Origin: Erysipelothrix inopinata
Lineage (GTDB): Bacteria; Bacillota_I; Bacilli_A; Erysipelotrichales; Erysipelotrichaceae
Assembly: GCF_014396165.1 (NCBI RefSeq)
Contig: NZ_CP060715.1
Coordinates: 60,001 to 92,000, forward strand
DNA: 32,000 nucleotides
Reading direction: 5' to 3'
Positions 1-7,511 of the stretch are shown in pieces. The position numbers were made by a program, and so were the translations under genes. Each line of letters begins with the position of its first letter. Position 1 is the stretch's first letter. The notes beneath the pieces were generated by a model. That model worked only from the letters and a program-made list of their open reading frames with translations. It was not told the origin of the DNA and searched no databases.

Positions 1-280
<280 letters not shown>

Positions 281-350
281 ATTCTTTCTCATTTTTTAAC
301 TCTGACGAGTTTGTTTTGTTTTGTTTTTATTTACTTGAAATTGACGTTTC

Positions 351-370
351 CTGTTCAGTTTTCAAAGACC
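351..370 (-). promoter_or_regulatory. boxA-like rRNA leader antitermination element
   Basis: The minus-strand RNA reads GGTCTTTGAAAACTGAACAG. This resembles the TTCTTTGAAAACT box seen in Firmicutes rrn leaders. It lies between the rrn promoter and the 16S 5' end. Confidence 0.4.
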
Positions 371-403
371 ATTTGCTGCGCCGGTTTCCCTTAGCGCTTG
401 TAC

Positions 404-432
404 ATAATATCATTACCTCAACACCCTGTCAA
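404..432 (-). promoter_or_regulatory. rRNA operon sigma-A promoter
   Basis: On the minus strand: -35 TTGACA (432-427), a 17-nt spacer, and -10 TATTAT (409-404). An A/T-rich UP-like tract (AATAAATTTGAAATAAAAGTGAAAAAAG) lies upstream. The 16S 5' end is about 125 nt downstream. Confidence 0.75.
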
Positions 433-462
433 CGCTTTTTTCACTTTTATTTCAAATTTATT

Positions 463-492
463 AAAAAAAGCAGATTTTCATCTAAAATCCGC
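463..492 (-). terminator. intrinsic terminator of the ABC transporter operon (T-runs on both sides)
   Basis: The minus-strand RNA is GCGGAUUUU-AGAUG-AAAAUCUGC followed by UUUUUUU. It starts 4 nt after the ATPase stop codon. Confidence 0.75.
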
Positions 493-495
493 TTT

Positions 496-1281
496 TTATT
501 CACTAAATGAGTACTCATATTGCATAAACAAATCCATTAAATCTTGTTGATTTAGGTTTAATTTTTCTTCTTCATTGAAATCTTCAACAATATCACCACC
601 ATGAAACATGATAAGTCGATTTCCAAAACGGAGCGCATGATTTAAATTATGGGTAACCATAATGACAGTTAGGTCATCTCTTTCCTTAATCATTTTATCT
701 GTTAGATTCATGATTGCTTCAGAACTTTTTGGATCAAGTGCTGCAGTATGCTCATCCAGCAATAATAAATGAGGATTATTCATTGAAGCCATGAGTAGTG
801 AAAGTGCCTGGCGTTGTCCGCCCGATAGTAATCCAACCTTCACATCCAACTTATCTTCTAATCCCATATTTAATTGAGATAGCATTTCAATATATTTCTT
901 CTCATTCGCACGATGTCCTAACGACTTCAGATTAAACAATCTCCCTTTTAGTTCAGATAATGCTAGGTTCTCTCTAACGGTTAATGATGGGGAGGTTCCC
1001 ATTTGCGGATCTTGGTATACTCTCGATATATTTTGAAATCTCTTAAAGTCAGGTTTTTTAAGAATTGATGTTCCTTCAAAAATCACGTCACCACTATCAC
1101 TTTCAACTTGACCACAAATTACATTTAGGAGTGTTGACTTACCCGAACCATTCGATCCAATGACAGTTACAAAATCGCCCTGTTTCACATTTAAATTTAA
1201 ATCTTCATAAAGAACTGTTTCCGATACGGTTCCAACGTTAAATTTCTTCCCTATATTATGTAGTTGAATTATTCCATCCAT
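496..1281 (-). CDS. ABC transporter ATP-binding protein (COG1101-type partner of the COG2984/COG4120 importer)
   Basis: Contains Walker A GSNGSGKST, signature LSGGQRQ and Walker B LLLLDEHTAALD. RBS GAAGGAA lies 8 nt upstream. The gene abuts the permease gene. Confidence 0.9.
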   Translation of the reverse strand: MDGIIQLHNIGKKFNVGTVSETVLYEDLNLNVKQGDFVTVIGSNGSGKSTLLNVICGQVESDSGDVIFEGTSILKKPDFKRFQNISRVYQDPQMGTSPSLTVRENLALSELKGRLFNLKSLGHRANEKKYIEMLSQLNMGLEDKLDVKVGLLSGGQRQALSLLMASMNNPHLLLLDEHTAALDPKSSEAIMNLTDKMIKERDDLTVIMVTHNLNHALRFGNRLIMFHGGDIVEDFNEEEKLNLNQQDLMDLFMQYEYSFSE

Positions 1282-1283
1282 TT

Positions 1284-2177
1284 TTACTGTTCCTTCATCT
1301 TTCGTCTTGGTAATTTCGTAGATAAATTATTAAGTACGATTGCTCCAACAAATATTATTACAGTCGCAAGTTTCATCATCTTAGGATCCATATTCATACG
1401 TATTGCGATCGCAATAATAAATCTATAGAGAATAGAACCCACGATTACCATAAATGTCATACTGCATTTTTTCTTCCTTAATAATAGGGTTCCTAAAATA
1501 ACTGATGCTAGACCCAGAACAACCATCCCTGTTCCCATGGAAATATCGAATGATTTTCCAACCGAAACTGCTACACCACCCGATAAGGCAACGATGCCAT
1601 TTGAAAGTGCCAATCCAAATATTTTCACTTTTCCAACATCATGACCCAATGATGCTACTAAATTTTCATTGTCTCCAGTTACTTTCAATAAGTAACCAAG
1701 ACGTGTTCTCAAGATGAAATCAATAAAAATTTTCACACCCACCACGAGGAGAACCATTACGATTAGTTGATAGTTATTTACAATAAACGATGGAGCATTC
1801 ATTGCCTCTAACCAATTTGTATCAAAGAGGTTTGCATATTTAAATAAAGCAATGTTTCCTTTACCACCAATAAGTAGATTTATTGAGTATAATCCCGTCA
1901 TTACCAAAATCCCACTTAACAATGCCGTTATCTTAAATTTAACATGGAAAATACCAGTCATCATTCCCGCTAAGACGCCTGCCAAGAGTGATGCAATTAA
2001 CGCAACCCAAGGATTGACACCTTGAATTATCAGTACTGCACTTACGACCGCACCTAATGGAAATGTTCCATCAACTGACAAATCGGGAATATCCAATATT
2101 TTATACGATAACATAACACCCATAGTCAGAATCCCATAGAGAAGACCCTGTATCAATACATCAATTGCAAATGCCAT
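1284..2177 (-). CDS. ABC transporter permease (COG4120-type, multi-pass membrane protein)
   Basis: A 297-aa highly hydrophobic protein. Its start overlaps the binding-protein stop (TAATG overlap at 2175-2179). The operon context is binding protein - permease - ATPase. Confidence 0.85.
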   Translation of the reverse strand: MAFAIDVLIQGLLYGILTMGVMLSYKILDIPDLSVDGTFPLGAVVSAVLIIQGVNPWVALIASLLAGVLAGMMTGIFHVKFKITALLSGILVMTGLYSINLLIGGKGNIALFKYANLFDTNWLEAMNAPSFIVNNYQLIVMVLLVVGVKIFIDFILRTRLGYLLKVTGDNENLVASLGHDVGKVKIFGLALSNGIVALSGGVAVSVGKSFDISMGTGMVVLGLASVILGTLLLRKKKCSMTFMVIVGSILYRFIIAIAIRMNMDPKMMKLATVIIFVGAIVLNNLSTKLPRRKMKEQ

Positions 2178-3130
2178 TATTCTTTCACCATAGCTCTTTC
2201 TAGTACAGAACCAGGAATTTCAATTCCCAATTCTGTTGCGATTTTTTGACTTACCATTAATTCAGTTGACGTTGCAGTCACAACTGGTAAATCCTTGATT
2301 TCTTTTTTATTTACAAGTATATCAACAATCATCTCACCAGCTTGTTTTCCTAAACTCATGTAGCTTACAGAATCACTCGCGAAGATTCCTTGATCAAATT
2401 GCCCTGATTCAGCCATAAATACAGGAATATTTGTTTTTAAACCCGCATCAACCACAAGCCCTGTCGAAGCAGCAACTGTGTTATCATTAACGATAAACAT
2501 TGCGTCAACATTTTGTGCAAGTTGCGAAACAGCCATTGGTAGCTCATTACTTTGAGAAATACCTTTTTCTACAATTTCTAATCCAAGTTCAGAAGCGAAC
2601 GCTTTGATATCTTTAACTTGGTTTGTACTATTGATTTCACCTGTATTGAATGGAATTCCAACCGTTTTCACGTTTGGCGTAATTTCATTAATAAGCTCGA
2701 ATTGTTTTTTAAGTGGTGGCATATCGCTCACACCCGTAACATTTCCTTCAGGCTGATTTACATTTTCTACAAGTCCCGCTTGCTTTGCATCTGATACTGC
2801 ACTGAATACAATGGGTATTCCAGTTCCCTCCGCTGCATTAACTGCAGCTTGTACCGACGGTGTTGCTACTGCAAATATTAAATCCACTTTGTCATTTACA
2901 AATTGCGATGCAATTTGTTGTGCTGTTGATACATCTTCATTTGCCGTTTTGATAACCACTTCAAAGTCGTCACGTTCCTTTAGTACCGAATTCATACCAT
3001 CAAATGAATCATTTAGCGCTGGATGATCTCCCCACTGAATGACACCCACTTTAAATTTTTCATTTCCTTTAGCTTGGCATCCCGCCAAAATAAACATTGT
3101 AAGTAAAACAATTAATATATTCTTTTTCAT
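2177..3130 (-). CDS. ABC transporter substrate-binding lipoprotein, paralog 1 (ABC_sub_bind / COG2984 family, usually annotated putative Trp/Tyr uptake)
   Basis: Lipoprotein signal MKKNILIVLLTMFILAGC. Shows clear paralogy with ORFs 3422-4360 and 7512-8468, sharing motifs KVGV.Q...H..L, IFA..T, NVTGVSD and PVF.AE.G. Confidence 0.85.
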   Translation of the reverse strand: MKKNILIVLLTMFILAGCQAKGNEKFKVGVIQWGDHPALNDSFDGMNSVLKERDDFEVVIKTANEDVSTAQQIASQFVNDKVDLIFAVATPSVQAAVNAAEGTGIPIVFSAVSDAKQAGLVENVNQPEGNVTGVSDMPPLKKQFELINEITPNVKTVGIPFNTGEINSTNQVKDIKAFASELGLEIVEKGISQSNELPMAVSQLAQNVDAMFIVNDNTVAASTGLVVDAGLKTNIPVFMAESGQFDQGIFASDSVSYMSLGKQAGEMIVDILVNKKEIKDLPVVTATSTELMVSQKIATELGIEIPGSVLERAMVKE

Positions 3131-3159
3131 AGTCTCTATCCTTCTCTTCTATATTCAAC

Positions 3160-3184
3160 AAAAAAGCCGTGTATCTACACGGCC
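3160..3184 (-). terminator. attenuator terminator of leader 1, directly upstream of the paralog-1 RBS
   Basis: The RNA is GGCCGUGU-AGAU-ACACGGC followed by UUUUUUG. It lies about 30 nt upstream of the ATG at 3130. Confidence 0.8.
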
Positions 3185-3270
3185 AAAATAAACGTTTAGA
3201 AGATTTAGTAATGAGCCTATGTAGATTTTAGTAACACAAAACAGCTAATATCCACTCGGCTATTAACTGA

Positions 3271-3336
3271 TTAACTAAAATAATAATAGTAGCTCCATTG
3301 TTGGGCTTGTGTATTAAGTAATATGTTGTCTTTCAT
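3271..3336 (-). CDS. candidate leader peptide L1, MKDNILLNTQAQQWSYYYYFS (21 aa), Tyr-rich regulatory codon run
   Basis: Hand translation of the minus strand gives ATG AAA GAC AAC ATA TTA CTT AAT ACA CAA GCC CAA CAA TGG AGC TAC TAT TAT TAT TTT AGT TAA. An SD-like AAGGAAAGG..GGUG lies upstream. The ORF sits between the promoter at 3361-3389 and the terminator at 3160-3184. Confidence 0.6.
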   Translation of the reverse strand: MKDNILLNTQAQQWSYYYYFS

Positions 3337-3360
3337 ATGAAGCACCAACCTTTCCTTGAT

Positions 3361-3389
3361 AGAATAACAGACATTTTCATAGTTATCAA
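3361..3389 (-). promoter_or_regulatory. sigma-A promoter of leader 1 / paralog-1 operon
   Basis: -35 TTGATA (3389-3384), 17-nt spacer, -10 TATTCT (3366-3361) on the minus strand. Confidence 0.55.
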
Positions 3390-3421
3390 TAGTTTTACAT
3401 AAATTTTTCATTTCTTTTTCA

Positions 3422-4360
3422 CTATTCAAGATATTCTTTCAAATCTTCAGGAATTTCAAGTCCGTATGTTTTAGTCATCTTCTCATTAATCCGAATGCGT
3501 GTAGTTTTTGCTTTTTCAACGGGTATTTCAGAAGGTTTCCGTTGTTTGTTTAAAATGTCAAAGATCATATTTCCTGCTTGGTTTCCAAGTTCTGTATAGC
3601 TTATCGAGACAGTAGCGAGAACTCCTTCATCAAATTGTCCATCTTCCGATGCAAATACCGGAACTTGATTAGAACTTGCTTGATCCACAATCAATGAGGT
3701 ATTACTAACGTTCAAGTCATCTGTAATTAAATACATGGCATCTACCTTTTTCAAAAGATTGGGAAGTCCCAGTGCAAGTTCTTGCCCATTGGTTACACCC
3801 ATACTTTCAACATCAAGTCCCAAGTGTTTTGCTTCGGATTCCAGCAGCACTTTTTGAAACTCACCATTGCTGTCACCCGTTCGATAAACCAATCCAACCC
3901 TTTTACTATCTGGCATTATTTTTTTCATCAATTCCAGTTGTTGTGCTACTGGAGCTCTATCAGTTACCCCCGTTATCTTATCAGTTGGATGTTCCATATC
4001 ATCAACAAGTCCTGCTGCCACTGGGTCGGTTACCGCAATAAATACAACCGGTATTGATCCATCAAATACATTAAGTGCCATTTGTGCGGATTGTGTCGTA
4101 ATCGCATAGATAACATCTACACCCTCATCTTTTAGTGCTTGAGCATTTATCATAATGTTCGCTGGATCTGATTGGGCATTTTTCAATACTATTTCAACAT
4201 TTTCCTTTTCAAGAACCTGAGCCATACCGGCGTACGAATCATTCAGCGATGCATAATCCCCAAACTGAAGCACGCCTACTTTATATTCTGCAGAAGACTT
4301 CGAGCTGCATCCCGTTAACACCAATAAAACAATTAATAATAAACTTAATCTCTTTCGCAT
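3422..4360 (-). CDS. ABC transporter substrate-binding lipoprotein, paralog 2 (orphan, no adjacent permease of its own)
   Basis: Start moved to the ATG at 4360 (MRKRLSLLLIVLLVLTGC), which follows RBS GGAGGAG. The track start at 4375 lies in the terminator U-tract. Lipobox LTGC is present, and the protein is paralogous to 2177-3130. Confidence 0.85.
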   Translation of the reverse strand: MRKRLSLLLIVLLVLTGCSSKSSAEYKVGVLQFGDYASLNDSYAGMAQVLEKENVEIVLKNAQSDPANIMINAQALKDEGVDVIYAITTQSAQMALNVFDGSIPVVFIAVTDPVAAGLVDDMEHPTDKITGVTDRAPVAQQLELMKKIMPDSKRVGLVYRTGDSNGEFQKVLLESEAKHLGLDVESMGVTNGQELALGLPNLLKKVDAMYLITDDLNVSNTSLIVDQASSNQVPVFASEDGQFDEGVLATVSISYTELGNQAGNMIFDILNKQRKPSEIPVEKAKTTRIRINEKMTKTYGLEIPEDLKEYLE

Positions 4361-4375
4361 AACCTGCTCCTCCAT

Positions 4376-4402
4376 AAAAAAAGGATCGTGTGTCCACGAT
4401 CC
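4376..4402 (-). terminator. attenuator terminator of leader 2
   Basis: The RNA is GGAUCGUG-GACA-CACGAUCC followed by UUUUUUA. It lies immediately 5' of the GGAGGAG RBS of paralog 2. Confidence 0.85.
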
Positions 4403-4471
4403 TCAATGTAATATCAATAACATTTGATGTGCCCTACGACGAAAAGGGCGGCAATAACTTGCTTCCCTTGA

Positions 4472-4510
4472 TTAACTTCGTCTGTTGCTCCATCGTTTAT
4501 TTATCATCAT
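4472..4510 (-). CDS. candidate leader peptide L2, MMINKRWSNRRS (12 aa)
   Basis: Hand translation gives ATG ATG ATA AAT AAA CGA TGG AGC AAC AGA CGA AGT TAA. SD AAGAGG lies 8 nt upstream. It shares TGG AGC and the AGT TAA TCA ending with L1. Confidence 0.45.
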   Translation of the reverse strand: MMINKRWSNRRS

Positions 4511-4582
4511 TGTTATTACCTCTTTTAACTAAGATATCACAGTTGATAATTAAAATCTATAGTTTCTGTAAAATATTGTTAG

Positions 4583-5125
4583 TTATTTCATTTCTTTCAT
4601 TGTTTTTTCATGTTTTCGAATCTTCTTAATTGCCCAATCATAATGACTTGCAGTAGATGAAACGCAGTAGCTACCTAAAGTGGTGCCTCCTGTCCATTTG
4701 AACACACCCTTGGAAAATAACTCATCATTAGAGAATGTATCAATCATTGCCATTACTTTTTCGTGACTCTCTTTTAGAAGTGCATTGGCTTCTTCGTATG
4801 AAGTATCCTGGTGTTTAGCAATGAACGCTTCATTCATCGCACCATAAGTTTTCCAATTATATGGTGCAGGCAAGAAAGGTGTTTCAACTCCTGCAACATT
4901 TTGATCCACCCAGTTTAGTAATAACTGATGCCACTCGTAGAGATGAATGAGTACATCTTTAATATTTTTATCTCTTTTCCAATGTGCTTCCTTGTATTTA
5001 TCCCCTTCAAACTGAAAGTCTGCTTTTAGATCTTCATCATTTAACTTATTGAGTAAGTTATATAGTTTTTCAAAATTATCATTACTTTGCTCTATTAAAT
5101 CTTTCTTAGTTGTTGGTCTTGCCAT
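4583..5125 (-). CDS. ClbS/DfsB-family (DUF1706) four-helix-bundle protein
   Basis: A 180-aa protein. The N-terminal MARPTTKKDLIEQSNDNFEKL and the FSNDELF motif resemble my recollection of E. coli ClbS (MAVPSSKEELIKAINSNF ... FSNDELY). Confidence 0.65.
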   Translation of the reverse strand: MARPTTKKDLIEQSNDNFEKLYNLLNKLNDEDLKADFQFEGDKYKEAHWKRDKNIKDVLIHLYEWHQLLLNWVDQNVAGVETPFLPAPYNWKTYGAMNEAFIAKHQDTSYEEANALLKESHEKVMAMIDTFSNDELFSKGVFKWTGGTTLGSYCVSSTASHYDWAIKKIRKHEKTMKEMK

Positions 5126-5129
5126 AATA

Positions 5130-5939
5130 TTACTCCTTTTCTGTAATTATATATCCTGCTTCAGTTATCCAATCATTCGCATTTTCACTTTGAGCTGGTG
5201 AGACAATCGGAATGTTAACCATAACTCCCGACAGTTCCAGTCCATGATGTTCTGCCCATCCAGCCAAAACTTCACACACCTGATTCATTTGATTATAGTC
5301 ACCCGCAAACACAGTGGATACCATTTTAAATGACGGTTCACATTGATATACGTCTTCACTCAGTCTCGACTTAGATATATCTATGGATATTTGAACTTCG
5401 ATATCTATTTGTTCTAATTTATATTCTTTATCATGATAAATTGTCATACACTGATACGGATCTGAAAATATAACGGAATTATCAGTTGTTTTTTCATAGA
5501 GCTCATCCCATAGAGATGCTTCACCGTAATAATCTGTAACATTTTTACGAACACTTATTACGTTTCTAGCTGGTATCTCTTTAACACTAACATGATACTT
5601 TTCAAAGGATTTCTTTTCGTAAGACATTGAATTCAACAATTGCAGTTTGGCTTCCATTTCTATGATATCTTCCTGCAACTTATTTCGCCGCGACTCAAGT
5701 TTATTTTCAACAAACCCTTGATCATGACTTGAACTAATTTCCTTTATTTCTGCCAAAGAGAAACCAACTTCTTGAAGAACCTTAATTCTATTTAAATCCT
5801 TTATCTGATGACTACTATAATATCGGTATCCTGTAAGTTCGTCATGCTTATAAGGTAAAAACAATCCTAGATCTTCATAATGATGAAGTGTTCGGATCGT
5901 CGTATTCGTAATTTTTGAGAAAGCACCAATCCGAAACAT
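5130..5939 (-). CDS. MerR-family transcriptional regulator with C-terminal GyrI-like effector domain (BmrR-like)
   Basis: N-terminal MerR HTH (FRIGAFSKITNTTIRTLHHYEDLGLF...GYRYY), a coiled-coil linker, and a C-terminal domain of about 150 aa that looks GyrI-like. Confidence 0.85.
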   Translation of the reverse strand: MFRIGAFSKITNTTIRTLHHYEDLGLFLPYKHDELTGYRYYSSHQIKDLNRIKVLQEVGFSLAEIKEISSSHDQGFVENKLESRRNKLQEDIIEMEAKLQLLNSMSYEKKSFEKYHVSVKEIPARNVISVRKNVTDYYGEASLWDELYEKTTDNSVIFSDPYQCMTIYHDKEYKLEQIDIEVQISIDISKSRLSEDVYQCEPSFKMVSTVFAGDYNQMNQVCEVLAGWAEHHGLELSGVMVNIPIVSPAQSENANDWITEAGYIITEKE

Positions 5940-5960
5940 AGACCACCTCGCTATATCTCT

Positions 5961-5991
5961 ATTATAATCTCTAACACTACGTGAGAGTCAA
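5961..5991 (-). promoter_or_regulatory. MerR-type promoter with a 19-bp spacer and an internal imperfect dyad
   Basis: On the minus strand: -35 TTGACT (5991-5986), 19-nt spacer CTCACGTAGTGTTAGAGAT, and -10 TATAAT (5966-5961). The spacer holds the dyad CTCTAACAC-TAC-GTGAGAG (plus-strand reading). Confidence 0.65.
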
Positions 5992-6002
5992 CACCCATCT
6001 CT

Positions 6003-6034
6003 AAAATAAAAAGGCGTCACATTTTGTGATCGCC
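6003..6034 (-). terminator. intrinsic terminator after the uracil permease gene
   Basis: The RNA is GGCGAUCACA-AAA-UGUGACGCC (9 bp with one bulged A) followed by UUUUUAUUUU. Confidence 0.8.
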
Positions 6035-6046
6035 CCTTGCTTATGA

Positions 6047-7342
6047 TTATTTTTTTACAATTAGGTTTAAAATTTGGTTGAGTAAAATTCCGATAATAGC
6101 TGCAAGGCTCATTCCTGACAATGCAACTCCGCTCATTATTTCCACACTTGCACCACCCAACCCAACTACAAGCATGCTTGATACGATAACAAGATTTTTC
6201 ATATCTGCAAGATCAGTATTATCTTTGATTAACACTTTGATTCCGTTTGAAGCAATCAATCCGTATAGGATGATTGTCATTCCCCCAATTACAGCCCAAG
6301 GGATACTTGCTATAAATGCTTGAATCCACCCTAAGAATCCAAGGCAAATCGCAATTACTGCTGCAAGTCCTATTACCCAAACCGAACCTACTCCAGTCAT
6401 TGCAATAACGCCAGTGTTTTCTCCATAGGTAGTATTTGCCGGTCCACCCAATGCAGCCGACACGAAGGTCGCAATCCCATCACCTAATAGTGTTCTATTA
6501 AGTCCTGGATCTTCAAGAAAATCGTTTCCTGTAATTTCACCCAGAACAATATGGTCACCAATGTGTTCCGCAATCGTAACAAGTGCAAGTGGTGCAAAGG
6601 CGATGACAGTTCCAAAATCAAGCTTGTATGTTCCTAACACTTGAAAATTTGGAATTTGAAAGAAACTATAACCGTCAAGAACATGTTTAATATCAACAAG
6701 CCCTGTAAGAACTGCAGTAATGTAACCTACTAAAATAGCAATTAGGAATGGAATTACTTGAATAAACCCTTTTCCTTTAAGCGATACAAGAACTACTGTT
6801 GAGAATGTTACGAGTGCAACAAGTGGCACTTTCCATTCTGCACCCACAACACCTAAATATTTCCCTTGTTCAACAAGGGGTTGGATTCCTCTTAATCCTG
6901 ATTCTACCACCGCATTGGGTGCAAGTGATAATCCAATAATCACAATCATCGGTCCAATGACTACCGGAGGAAGAAGTTTCTTAATCCATCCACTTCCTGT
7001 AAACGAAATAATAATAGCAATTAATACATAGATAAATCCAACAACCATCAGTCCAGTATAAGCACTTTCTGGTCCACCTGTTGCCATGATTGCTGCGGAA
7101 ATACTTGAAATATATGCAAAGCTACTTCCTAAATAAACGGGAGCTTTTGCTTTAGTACAAAGAATATAAATTAATGTTCCTATCCCACTACATACTAAGG
7201 CAACCCCAATATCTAATCCTGTCAATATCGGAACAAGAACTGTTGCTCCAAACATTGCAAATACATGTTGAAAACTTAAAACTAACCATTCAAGTTTTGA
7301 TTTTGGTTTCTCATGAATACCAATACGTAACCCATTCTCCAT
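6047..7342 (-). CDS. pyrP: uracil permease (NCS2 / uracil-xanthine permease family)
   Basis: A 431-aa protein of about 12 TM segments. The N-terminal motif SFQHVFAMFGATVLVP...SGIGTLIY...PVYLGSSFAYI is typical of PyrP/UraA. Confidence 0.85.
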   Translation of the reverse strand: MENGLRIGIHEKPKSKLEWLVLSFQHVFAMFGATVLVPILTGLDIGVALVCSGIGTLIYILCTKAKAPVYLGSSFAYISSISAAIMATGGPESAYTGLMVVGFIYVLIAIIISFTGSGWIKKLLPPVVIGPMIVIIGLSLAPNAVVESGLRGIQPLVEQGKYLGVVGAEWKVPLVALVTFSTVVLVSLKGKGFIQVIPFLIAILVGYITAVLTGLVDIKHVLDGYSFFQIPNFQVLGTYKLDFGTVIAFAPLALVTIAEHIGDHIVLGEITGNDFLEDPGLNRTLLGDGIATFVSAALGGPANTTYGENTGVIAMTGVGSVWVIGLAAVIAICLGFLGWIQAFIASIPWAVIGGMTIILYGLIASNGIKVLIKDNTDLADMKNLVIVSSMLVVGLGGASVEIMSGVALSGMSLAAIIGILLNQILNLIVKK

Positions 7343-7365
7343 ATAACTTCCTCCTGTGCAATCGC

Positions 7366-7393
7366 AAAATAAAAGAGCGCATGTGCGCCCTCT
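7366..7393 (-). terminator. attenuator terminator in the pyrP leader
   Basis: The RNA is AGAGGGCGC-ACAU-GCGCUCUUU followed by UAUUUU. It lies about 25 nt upstream of the pyrP RBS AGGAGGAAG. Confidence 0.8.
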
Positions 7394-7433
7394 AAGGATA
7401 GTTTAAAGAATAAAAACTTATGTCATATTCTTT

Positions 7434-7467
7434 ATCCTTGCCATAGTCTCGCTATGACTTAAAGGAC
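7434..7467 (-). promoter_or_regulatory. candidate PyrR-type binding hairpin (anti-antiterminator), divergent apical loop
   Basis: The RNA is GUCCUUUAAGUCAUAGCGAGACUAUGGCAAGGAU. It has the CCUUUAA ... AAGGA frame of PyrR sites. The apical GUCAUAGCGAGACU replaces the consensus GUCCAGAGAGGCU. Confidence 0.4.
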
Positions 7468-7511
7468 TGCTTGCTAATAATATAGCATAAAACAATTTAA
7501 AACCCAATGCT

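Noticed and set aside
316-510. 64-aa plus-strand ORF from the track.
   Set aside because: It lies across the rRNA promoter, leader and a terminator hairpin. It has no RBS and a low-complexity sequence, so it is spurious.
3131-3420. T-box riboswitch hypothesis for the three binding-protein leaders (also 4361-4582 and 8469-8690). This transporter family is T-box regulated in some Firmicutes.
   Set aside because: I could not find the conserved T-box sequence (AAnnnGGGUGGUACCGCG), a specifier-loop/K-turn Stem I, or an AGAGA/GNUGG distal platform. The leader-3 antiterminator is a perfect 11-bp helix without the 7-nt UGGN bulge. The conserved AUGGAGC element shared by leaders 1 and 2 is explained by the in-frame Trp-Ser codons of the mini-ORFs. 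A covariance-model scan is still needed for a formal exclusion.
4390-4629. 79-aa plus-strand ORF from the track.
   Set aside because: It is antisense to leader 2 and to the end of the ClbS-like gene. It has no RBS, and the region is better explained by the minus-strand leader.
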